Part shown: piece after piece, positions 32,567-43,047 of the stretch
How the letters are laid out: every line of letters begins with the position of its first letter
Numbering within the stretch: position 1 is the first letter of the stretch
Source: Asterionella formosa
Taxonomy: Eukaryota
Reading direction: 5' to 3'
Assembly: GCA_002256025.1 (NCBI GenBank)
Contig: NKIB01013850.1
Span: 1-50,382 of the forward strand
DNA: 50,382 nt
Notes under the pieces: model-generated
The model's input: only the letters and a program-made list of their open reading frames with translations
Database searches by the model: none
What the model was told of the DNA's origin: nothing
Program-made: the position numbers and the translations under genes

Positions 32567-35548
32567 ATGTGTCAGCCATCTAAAAAAATGGCGAAGAAAT
32601 TTTCTATCCCATCATTGTTGTCGCTTATATTTTTAAGTATGAAAGAAAATAATGATATGAGCGGGTCCAGAAACAACAACTTCAACCATCGTACTACCAC
32701 CGGTGGTAGAAGTATGCAATCTGTGAAACCTAACAATGATACTGTTGGTGCTGCTGCATCCAACATGAAACAAAGACAATCAATTCTTGTCCTTCATGGC
32801 AATCGTCAAACGGGTCAATTATTGTTGAATCGAATGGACAAGCTGAGAAAAAAGTTACAAAGTAGGGGATTGACACTCATTGCTCCCGATGCACCGCATT
32901 CATGTCATAACGATACTACTACTAGTAGTAGCACTAATGATGGGACAACGACAAACATCACAATTATGAGACAATGGTGGCATACTACAGCTACGGCCAC
33001 AAATGGACACCACGACGGACTAGAAGAATCATTGACAATGATACAACAGTTATGGAATACTCAAAGTCATAACTTTGTTGGAATTTTGGGATTTTCCATG
33101 GGAGCTCGACTTGCTCATTTCATAGCACTACTTCATCAACAAAATATCAACATCAACAGCAACTTTTTATTTCAAGGATTGCAATTTGTAATAATGGTGG
33201 CTGGGTATGATGCTCCATTACCATTACCCCTTTTTATACAAAGCAACGACGTGGTGGTTGCAACACCAACATTGCATGTATGGGGTGAAACCGATCAACT
33301 CATTGCACCAGCAAATAGTGAATCAGTTATGAAATATTATCAAGACCCACAATCACACATACATGATGGGGGTCATCATGTACCAATGCGTGCTGCCAAT
33401 ATACAAGCCTATCTTCATTTTATTGATACATCTTTGATGAAGGATAATAACAATAGTACTAGTGCCAGTACTTGTAATATTCATATGGACGAGGATGGAG
33501 CCATACAACTACAACTGCACCGAGCAGAAAAACCAGAAACGACATCATGTTGTGGTTTGCCAGATGACGAATGCCAAATGGCCCAACAAGACGAAATTGA
33601 AGCACTTTCTGCCATTTTTCCAGACGAATTAACTCTTCTTTCAAGTGAAAAGGACATGATCTACGAATTTCCAATTTCATACCAAATTGCAATACCATCC
33701 TCCTCGATAGGTAAATGGCCTCCTCATCCATTATCCTTGAAAGTTACATATACAATCAAGTATCCAGTTGAAAGTTTGCCACTAATGGAATTGATTCATA
33801 CCAACAATATGATGGAATTTGGATCCAATCACATGGCAGCTTGTCACAGAGTCATGCATGACGCAGCTCAAGTTGGTATGCCAAGTATATTAGCATGTGT
33901 CTATGCTATTCGAGAGTTTTTCGAATCTGGTATCATGGAAACTCTTCCTGTTGATGAAGATTTGACACCAAACGTGATCAAGGAAGAGACAAATAATCCA
34001 AATAACCCATTGCATGGTTCCATTCTATCTGCCACTGCAGAGAGAATAAGTATATGCAACCTTCAAGGGCTTCAGATTGCGCAACAAGTGCTCAAGCAGC
34101 ATACGTCTGTTTTCAACAGCCTCCCTGAAAGTATCAAGAAGGGGGGAATATGGAATTATACGATTGGCTTGGTGGGCAAACCATCTGCCGGAAAATCAAC
34201 CTTTTTCAATGCCGCAACTGCATTTGCCCGACAACGTGATGATAGGGAAAATGTTCTTGGTGGAGCAACGATGGCCCCTCATCCATTTACCACCATTGAT
34301 CCTAATATTGGATTTTGCTTTGTACCAGCTCCCCCAGGGTCATGTCCAGAAGATGACGCCGATCCTGGAACTATGATGAAGATTGGATGCACTCATGGTC
34401 GTGATCCTCAAGGGCGACGGTTGATTCCTGTCCTACTCAAGGATGTGGCTGGATTAGTACCGGGAGCATATCAAGGTCGAGGGAGAGGAAACAAGTTTCT
34501 CAATGACCTGACCGATGCCGATGTGTTGATTCATGTGGTGGATGCCAGTGGGACAGCTGACACGGAAGGCAATGATGTGGGAATGGCGGAAGCCAATGGA
34601 TCCCATCCTTTGGAGGATCTGGCTTGGATTCGTAACGAACTTATTGAATGGGTGTTTACGAATCTCATGCACAAGTGGGACACCATCAAGAGACGTGGAC
34701 GAGGCAAACTGTCGGATATGTTTAGCGGCTACAAGCAAAGTCAGACTATATTGTGGGATGTCTTGTACGCTGTTGAGAAGCATCTGGATATGAATGAACA
34801 GCGCGATCATGCATTGGATCATTTGGCGGAATGGGATGAAGGTGACGTGCGTCGACTTGTAAGTGCATTTCTTGGTGTTCGATTCCCCATGGCATTGGCA
34901 CTGAACAAAGCCGATCTGCCTCCAGCCAAGTTGTTCATTGATGATGTGCGGAATGCTCTTCCCATTCATGGTGCTCTTGTAGGTGTACCTTTATCAGCGA
35001 GAAGTGAAATGACATTTGTTCGCACACATGTGGATCCAACAATTGCAAAAGCAAGCGAATCAAGAACAATAAGTCCACCATTTGGAGTTTGGGAATGCCT
35101 CCAATCATCACTGTCTTTGCGCGAACCAGTGTTGGTATTTCCTGTGAATGATATGTTGACATATGCTCCATTGCCTGGCTTGACCAGGACAGCCATGGAA
35201 GATTCCTCCCTTCCGAATGTTGGTATGATTTCCTGCCTCCAGGCATCGGGTGGATCTGCTCCCACATTGTGGAATGATGGTGCATACGATTGCTCAAGTG
35301 CAACCTCGCAATATCTGTTGCGAGATGTGCTACTTATGAAACCTGGATCCACGGTCGAAGATGTATTTATATCACTGAAACGATTGGGTGCCCTTGGTGG
35401 CGAATTTGTTCGAGCAGAAGGCGCCAGGAGTATTGGAGAAAAGTCCAAGCTGGTTCCCAAGAATGAAGTGATTGGTAAAGCAAACCGCATTTTGAAAATC
35501 ATGACAACGAAGCGAAACAATTGGCAATCGAAACATGTTGTTTCATAA
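32567..35548 (+). CDS. Fusion of FSH1/OVCA2 serine hydrolase, RWD domain and OBG-family (Ygr210c-like) GTPase
   Basis: FSH1: ILVLHGNRQTG, GILGFSMGA, TLHVWGETD, HDGGHHVP. RWD: QQDEIEALSAIFPDE, KYPVESLP. GTPase: GLVGKPSAGKSTFFNAAT, PFTTIDPN, DVAGLVPGA..GRGNKFLNDL, NKAD and a TGS-like end. Single uninterrupted frame; the true ATG may be a later one (for example 32639 or 32765). Confidence 0.88.
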   Translation: MCQPSKKMAKKFSIPSLLSLIFLSMKENNDMSGSRNNNFNHRTTTGGRSMQSVKPNNDTVGAAASNMKQRQSILVLHGNRQTGQLLLNRMDKLRKKLQSRGLTLIAPDAPHSCHNDTTTSSSTNDGTTTNITIMRQWWHTTATATNGHHDGLEESLTMIQQLWNTQSHNFVGILGFSMGARLAHFIALLHQQNININSNFLFQGLQFVIMVAGYDAPLPLPLFIQSNDVVVATPTLHVWGETDQLIAPANSESVMKYYQDPQSHIHDGGHHVPMRAANIQAYLHFIDTSLMKDNNNSTSASTCNIHMDEDGAIQLQLHRAEKPETTSCCGLPDDECQMAQQDEIEALSAIFPDELTLLSSEKDMIYEFPISYQIAIPSSSIGKWPPHPLSLKVTYTIKYPVESLPLMELIHTNNMMEFGSNHMAACHRVMHDAAQVGMPSILACVYAIREFFESGIMETLPVDEDLTPNVIKEETNNPNNPLHGSILSATAERISICNLQGLQIAQQVLKQHTSVFNSLPESIKKGGIWNYTIGLVGKPSAGKSTFFNAATAFARQRDDRENVLGGATMAPHPFTTIDPNIGFCFVPAPPGSCPEDDADPGTMMKIGCTHGRDPQGRRLIPVLLKDVAGLVPGAYQGRGRGNKFLNDLTDADVLIHVVDASGTADTEGNDVGMAEANGSHPLEDLAWIRNELIEWVFTNLMHKWDTIKRRGRGKLSDMFSGYKQSQTILWDVLYAVEKHLDMNEQRDHALDHLAEWDEGDVRRLVSAFLGVRFPMALALNKADLPPAKLFIDDVRNALPIHGALVGVPLSARSEMTFVRTHVDPTIAKASESRTISPPFGVWECLQSSLSLREPVLVFPVNDMLTYAPLPGLTRTAMEDSSLPNVGMISCLQASGGSAPTLWNDGAYDCSSATSQYLLRDVLLMKPGSTVEDVFISLKRLGALGGEFVRAEGARSIGEKSKLVPKNEVIGKANRILKIMTTKRNNWQSKHVVS

Positions 35549-36955
35549 TGATGCGCAACAAAGATGATTGAATCACAGTCGTTTTAAGAGCACGGGGCGG
35601 TTGGATACCTGCAACGGGAGGGTATCTCGAGTACAGCAGAGAATATTACCGCCAAAGGAGAGTGTATAAGACAACCAGGCAATACATATTTCTACCTGTG
35701 AATTATCTCTCTAGCAGAATTCTAGTTATAGAGTGATTTTGCACTAATTGGGTACAAATTGCAGAAGTAGATCAGATTAAATATGCTCCGAACAATTTGA
35801 AGAGCACCTTGCTTCATCAAACTTTTCTTGACAACCCTCTGTCTAACTGTTATCCTGAAGTGTATTGTTTTGGTATCCCTCGACTAAACTGGTGGTTAGC
35901 TTATGATCTTGGCACATGGTAGCCCAGAACTCAATAATATGGGGTAGCTCACCAAAACCTTTTTGCCATGACACTACGGTAGAGCAAACAAGAACCCCGC
36001 TGCTCCACATATCATGATGGAGCGTTGAAATTTAGCTATTGTTTTCTTGGTTACCTCATCAGTGCATACGTATGATTTATGTGTAAGATTTCAGTAGGAG
36101 AGGTTACTTACATGAAACATGCTTTCTTGCTGGGTGAACTCTTCAGCCTTCCTTTAAGATTCCTGCATTGGAAACCCTATGCAAAAATCAAAAGCAATAT
36201 TGCTTACTGGTACATAGGATAATTGCCGAAATTTCCTTCAACTACTTATGGCTGGAACGTTTATGTGCTAATTGATTATGAATAACAATGATTCCGTTTG
36301 AAATAAAGGTAGATGTTTTCTTGTCTCATTGTACACGCACAGGTACCGGTAGTTGTTGTCCTACTGGGAATCTAAAATTCTTCACTTTGATTCAAATTAC
36401 GCGAGTGTCAGCCATGTGGATCTATGAGAAATTTTAAGCATTGTTGGGAACCCAATTGCATACAGCTTTTTTAAATGCAGAAACTGCAAGAAAGATCGAT
36501 TACCGGTATATCTTATCTTGGATAAAGAAGCTAAATATTTAGTTCAGCAAAATTACCGCAACTTGCAGGTACCTATACATTGACAAGACTACAATGTACC
36601 CGGTTGTCTACCTGTTACGGTACCAGGTACCGTACCCGTGGTAAAAGGGTACGTGGTACAAGGCAGCGTAGTCAAGACGTAGACTCGACTTCCTTACATG
36701 TCTCATGACATTTATGTCAACTCTATGTTAGACTACATACAGTATTATATCATGACAACACTGCCACATCGCCCCAAATACCAGAACTCTAGTACGAGAC
36801 GGACACACCACCTATCCAAGGCACGTGAAATCTAAACACATGATATGCCTGCTGTACTCTAGATACCAGTATTTGCTGCTCCTGTTGTTCAACAAAACAG
36901 AAATTACTGATACTCTCAAAACCTTGGCCTCGCATAAAAAAGATTCAGCACGAAA

Positions 36956-38555
36956 ATGAGTCCTAAATGGAGAGCTTTAGATCAATCCGTTCATTCTCGA
37001 TCGGTCGGGGACAGAATCTTGTCTCGCGTCGACAGTCTGAAGGAAGGTACTCAATGGCAACCAAATCCGAAGAATAAAATCGAATATCTTGAATGGGAAA
37101 ACTTAGAAGTTGACCGCCTCATTGGGAAAGGATCATTTTCGTTGGTTTACACGGTCCGCTTGAAGGAGGGACAACATTTTAATGATCGAGTCTATGCCCT
37201 GAAATCGCTTAGACCCCGGAAAGATGTTATCTCAGAAAAGTTTACCACTGGTGCCGTTGATTTGATTCTAGAAGCCAGCATTCTATCGAGTCTACACCAC
37301 CCAAACATTATCAGGCTTCATGCTATCAGGAAAGGCGATATTTCTGATAGTTATGCATTTGAAGAAGGAGGTTGCTTTCTCGTATTGGATCTACTAGCCT
37401 GTACCCTTGAATCAAAACTTGACTCATGGAGAGATCACCGATGTTTCCCATTTCATAACATGACATCCTCCAAGGACATGATAAGTCGTATAGAGAAAGT
37501 GGGTCTCGGGATTGCAAGAGGAATGGAATATTTACATTCTCTGAACATCATTTTCAGAGACTTAAAACCGCAAAATATTGGATTTGATGAAAATGATGTC
37601 GTGAAAATCTTTGACTTCGGTCTCGCTCGGGAGTATCACCCTAACTTTCCCTCCGAGAATAGGAGAAATGAAGGTACAAGACAGATGACTGGAAATTGTG
37701 GAACTCCAAGGTAAGCAAGATAAGAATAAATCTATACTCTTTGTTGTTGTCGAAGATTTATATGATACAACTCAACACTTCGACTAATTGCTTTTTATCA
37801 GATATATGGCCCCTGAAGTGGCTGAAATGCAAGATTATGGGTTAGGGTGCGATGTTTACTCGTTTTCGATTACAATGTGGGAAATCTGCACTTTAAAAAA
37901 GGCTTTTGATGATGTGAGGGATAATCTTGTCTTCCATGAAGACGTTGTTCGGGGTAGCAAGAGGCCATCAATCAAGAGCATTTCCTTGTCAGCGATTGGG
38001 GCTCTTCTGGAACAAGGCTGGGATAAAGACCCGAGCAAACGACCATCATTTTCCTCTGTTGTCAAGTCACTCGAAGAAGTGATCGATACTACCAGGGCAC
38101 CGGTTGCAAAACGGGTGCAACTGCGTTCTTCTCCAAATCAGTCAAGTGTGACTACTTCCACATTTCGAAATAGATTGAGAGCTACTTTCAGTCGAAGCAG
38201 TAGCACATCCGATATTCAGTTGAATAAAGCTTCAAACTTAAGCCGACTCAGCACAACTGATATTCAATGTAATGACGAGTCAGAGGGGCATTATTGCCGC
38301 ACCAGTGATGGACGAAGCTCTCGGTTTTTCCGCTCTCGCAAGCGAGACCAAAGTTGTATTCCTTCAAATGAATCAATCCAGCACGAAACGACACAAGAAA
38401 CCGCTGTGACAAGATTGATGCGTCCTTTCATGCGCCGATTGAGTACCACTGACATTTTGTATAATGACGAGTCAGAGAGGTCTAACCGTGAGGGAAGGAG
38501 CGTTCGGAGTCTTGATTCCTACAAACAACGGAGTCAGCTTTTGGATCTCAAATGA
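36956..38555 (+). CDS. TKL-like Ser/Thr protein kinase; exons 36956-37710 and 37802-38555 (502 aa)
   Basis: IGKGSFSLV, YALK, FRDLKPQNIGFD, DFGLARE, spliced GTPR|YMAPE, DVYSF and W..DPSKRPSF. 91-nt GT..AG intron. Confidence 0.93.
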
Positions 38556-39499
38556 ACGAAAAGTCGGCGCACAAGGCACAAGGAATGCACCTCGGTGATA
38601 TGATTCAGGTATCCTTGTCTTTCCTTTGCCGATTGAGCAAAACTGATTTTCACTTGAATGAGCGATACAGATAGTACGTCTTCTGGCAACCATGCGTCAG
38701 GTAGCGTGTGAAGCCTTGTCTAGGCCAAGGCCAAGCCAGGCAACATGATTCTGCAAGGCAAATGCTAATCGTAAGAAAATGAAGATCACAGTACAAGTTC
38801 CTAATCCTAGACATTGAACGATTCGTAAAATAATTCTTTTAGCTTTTCTAGATACTCTTCTTCGCAGGAGCGACCTTTGGTATTACACTGCAGATTAGAT
38901 TCGCAATGAATTCATCCATAGTATATCAGCATAGATCAGAAATTTAAGACACCATTGACCCCTGAATTCTCTCTTGCAATATCCGCCTTTATCACTTTTA
39001 GAAATGCCTTCATGTTGTTCATTCTCTCTTTTTAAATTGCAAGATCGACGGATACTTCAAATTGAACCGAGAAGAAGTGGGACCAAAATGAAAATCTTTA
39101 ACCTAATCCACACTCACCATCCAATTCTCTGGCTGACATGAGAAGTGCAGTCATAAAGAACTGATTCAAGAACAAAGTTTTTTTTTGCCATACTTTTTTA
39201 ATTTTCTTCCACATGAGGAAGTGATTACCACCCAAACCTTTCCACCGCCCCACCTTATATGGGCCAAGGAGCGCAACAACGGCAACTCTAGAAATAGAAT
39301 AGTAAGAATGCGTTGCTTATAAAAATGATTAATATGTAGAATATTAATGCTACAGCAGGAGGGATGAAAGCTAGGGGGCGGGATTGATACTTCATCAGAG
39401 AAAGCAACTGGTTAATTGTCCCAAGTGCAAGACTTTGGACTGGGCAATAATATCCAGCTGTCATTGTCCCCCACTGAAATCATACAATCCTTCTAGCAT

Positions 39500-40950
39500 C
39501 AACAATGACATCTAGCAACAAGCAGCATGTTGGGATTCCCCTGAAGCCAAGAAAGTCTTCAAAAACAACCCCCCTCCCAAATGAATCCACAAGGACCAAA
39601 TCATTGAAATCTTCAAACAAGCAGCCAAAACTCCAGTTCTGATGTCCAGCTCTAGAAACCTCCTGTTGATTCAGAATCTCAAACCAACTGAACCAAGACA
39701 ATGACATCAACCATCACCACAAGTAAACCATCCACCAAAAATGTCAATCTATAGCGCACTCATTCTATCTTTCAAAGAAAACATGAAAAACTGGACCTGG
39801 AAGCATTGTTGCATAGTCACTGTCAAGGAATTAAGCAACCAAGGACTCACACATGCCACATAGCATGGATACACACATTGCCTACTACAAGTGGAACAAC
39901 CGCAATTTCTGATAACACTGCAACTTCCAAATGAGAGTAAATTTCAAATATCTGCCACCCTTCTTTGCATGCAGACATCTGAATGGAAATTCAACAATTT
40001 GGGGAAGAACTCTTGAATACCTTTTCCATTGAGATGCTGTTGGAATATATACAGGACATTGCCCTGCATACCAGTGCTGGTATATTCGATTTTCAATGAA
40101 CCTGTTGAGGATGAAAAGGAGCAGAGTGTCAACCAGTGCTTCACTGCTTGACTTGGACTCTGAGGTGTTCCAGTCAAAGTTGAGACATATTCCAATCACA
40201 CATGGACTTACCTGCATTAGCCCCACCACTGTCTCTTGCTGGATGACTCAACTAGAACTAAGAAATGCTCCAAGGAAGTAAGAATACTATGTTGATGGAA
40301 AAGAAAACCTGCTAAATTCACAACCAATGGGATTTCTAAATAAGTGGTCAGGTACTTTGGGAGCTTGGATTTATTGACAAATCAAGATTCGAGCAAGAGC
40401 TACTTTACATCAAATACAAAGCAAGATGCATTTGGATTTGTGCAAAATTTTTTTGAAGTCATTGATGGGAAAGTGACTTGATTTTGAGCAAATTGAGATA
40501 CTAATGATCATTTGGAAGGGAAATGGGAGTCATTTGTTGACCAAACATCAAAATGTCACTGTGAAGTTGCAGGTAAACAATTATTTTTGGGGTATGCAAG
40601 AATTTCTACTGTTGGGTTGCTCTGAGGAGGTATAATGGGAAAACAATTGCTAAGCTATGTGGTGCTAGGAGAGAGTGAGCTTGTCAAGAGAACAAGTGTT
40701 AACAACAAAAAGGATAAGACATTTTTCAAGATGATCAAGACAATAAATATGTGCATATTTCAAGACTTGAAATGATCTTGACAAACAGCAAGATAGCAGA
40801 ATGGAAGAAAATTTTGACACACTACATGAAGCAGACCCCATCAGTGTTGAGAAGCTGGTCAGATGATTCAAAACACTGGTGCTGTGCCCTTGATTTCAAA
40901 ACAACTTTCTTCAAGGTGACATAGTATGACTATGATTTAACATGGAAGAC
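39500..40950 (+). mobile_element. Decayed DDE (IS630/Tc1-like) transposase, N-terminal portion
   Basis: Broken frames give LPPFF, FSIEMLLEYIQDI, HGLTCISPTTVSCWMTQL and EYYVDGKE (near 40285), matching from memory the 'YVDGHE' transposase family of diatoms and fungi. Many stops; boundaries approximate. Confidence 0.5.
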
Positions 40951-41880
40951 AAGACAATGAAGCAAACAAGCAACAAAATCAACAATCATGATTTACAACA
41001 ACATATCAATGTTAAAAACTTTTTGCTGGGAAATGAGCAATGGGCAACATTTACATAACAAATATTGCATGTTTTGCTTGCATGTCACAGCTTTTCACTA
41101 TGAAATATTAGATGCAACATAAAATATCTATACTACGGCCATGCGCAAATAGATGGGGTATTTGATCTTCAGGTTGCAACCAGCCATAGCTGCTCCGTAG
41201 CACGGTGGTCAAGTACACCTGCTCGTCAATATTATATTTACAGTCTGCAAGTCCAAAATTATATGTGTGAGTGGGATTACATAAAGGTGAAAAGCGAACA
41301 CTCGTCGCTGTTTTGTCCCCCAAAAATCTTTGCAACTCACTGTATGTACTCCGATTAACAAAACGGTAGATAGAACATAGGAGCATCAACCTTGATACTT
41401 TCCAGTGTTTCCATACATCAATGAATATATATTTGATTAGTCGGTACTTAAAGGAATCCCGAGACTTCTTTCTCAGATCTTTTTTTGGCGTTACTTTTTG
41501 TTGTTGTGGACGGCGCACATGTAATGGTACATAGGTGCGAAATATTTTATTTACACATACATAGTATACATCTGCCTACCGTAATCTTTACGAACCTTTC
41601 ACACGATCCTGCTCCAGCAGAAGCATACCGGTATCAGCATTTGTAGCAACTGTACGAGTGTAACTTACGCATTTGTCGTGTAAAAGTTGCCAGCATCCAC
41701 ACATTTCGCTCCGAAGCAGACACAAAACTCAATTGTTTTAGCTGGGTTCCCATCAATCGTTCGTTCCGATCGTACTTCAGAACTTGCCCTGACTGATCCC
41801 AATCCCACGCCTCGTCAACTCATATTTTTAATTTCAACAGAAACGAATCAAACGAGACAACCGAAACGATAAGACGAACC

Positions 41881-43047
41881 ATGCTAGTACTCCGCATCGT
41901 CTCTCTCCTCGCCATTGTGGCGACTCCAGTCTTCTCTCAAACTTGCCAGCTGTGTCCGAACGGAAATAAAAATCCTTATTTGCCCTCTGACCCGCAGCTG
42001 AACTCGGTCTGCAAACAACTCATTGTAGATGTTCAGAAACTCGGCACTGGTCCATGTAATGGCTTTCACGCGGGGCCATACCCAACCGTCTGCGGATGCG
42101 TCACCCCCTACAATTTTCCCTGCAAGGTGTGCCCCAATGGAGGTACTCCCAGCCCATTCGGCCAAGAGAACATCAACACATGTAATCAAATCAGATTTGC
42201 TGCCGCCTTATCCACCACGACGGCGGCTTGCACGGCCAATTTGAAGCCCTACAAAGACAGACAAATCAACATTACCAAAGTTTGTGGATGCCCAGGCGTT
42301 CCCAAACCATGTTCAGTCTGTCCTGATGGCAGCACGGTGGCATCTCCTTCCAAACCGATTGGGTTGACCAATACTTGTGGTACACAAGATGCTTTTTTGA
42401 AGCAGTCCATCCCCGCCAACAGTCCAGCCTGTGCCATTGCCCGTGCGAGTGGACTGGCATATACTTGTGGTTGTCCTGGAAACAATGCGAAAGCCTGTTC
42501 CATTTGCAATGGAGGCGCCACTCGTGGCACAAATCGAGTTGCAGGACTGACTGATTACTGTAGGAATTTTGACAACCAGGCCATTTTTCGAGCAACAAAC
42601 AACTGCTTTAACAATACAAACTTGTATAACCAATGGGCTTGTGGCTGTCCCAATGCAGTTCCACCCTGCAAATTGTGTTCGGATGGTGGTACTCCAAACT
42701 ATTCAAAGGTATCGAACTTTTCGAGAATTGGAGGAAACTGTGGTCTTGACCAACTTTTCTTGCAAAATATCAACAGGTTGGATTGCAAGGCGATTCAAGG
42801 TACAGTTGGCAAGGTCTGTGGATGCACCAACTCCAATCTTCCTGGAACATGCAAGCTTTGCACCAACAGGGACCTTCCCAACCCCAACAAAATGGTCCCC
42901 TCCTTTGGACACTCATGTGGGTTCATTGAATACTTTGCTACCGCCCAAAGTAATGCCGGTTCCAAGACTTGCACATTTTACCGAGGTGAATATGTCGATA
43001 CTTGCTGCAATGGTGGACCTGACCCCTACCCTCCAAGATCCATCTAG
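41881..43047 (+). CDS. Secreted cysteine-rich protein with six CxxC...C...C...CGC modules (388 aa)
   Basis: Signal peptide MLVLRIVSLLAIVATPVFS|Q. Modules start CQLCPNG, CKVCPNG, CSVCPDG, CSICNGG, CKLCSDG and CKLCTN, and end in CGC (the last in CC). No TM segment. Confidence 0.9.
   Translation: MLVLRIVSLLAIVATPVFSQTCQLCPNGNKNPYLPSDPQLNSVCKQLIVDVQKLGTGPCNGFHAGPYPTVCGCVTPYNFPCKVCPNGGTPSPFGQENINTCNQIRFAAALSTTTAACTANLKPYKDRQINITKVCGCPGVPKPCSVCPDGSTVASPSKPIGLTNTCGTQDAFLKQSIPANSPACAIARASGLAYTCGCPGNNAKACSICNGGATRGTNRVAGLTDYCRNFDNQAIFRATNNCFNNTNLYNQWACGCPNAVPPCKLCSDGGTPNYSKVSNFSRIGGNCGLDQLFLQNINRLDCKAIQGTVGKVCGCTNSNLPGTCKLCTNRDLPNPNKMVPSFGHSCGFIEYFATAQSNAGSKTCTFYRGEYVDTCCNGGPDPYPPRSI

Noticed and set aside
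41108..41518. 136-aa minus-strand ORF upstream of the Cys-rich gene
   Set aside because: Non-ATG start, no recognisable domain, and no supporting splice or compositional evidence.
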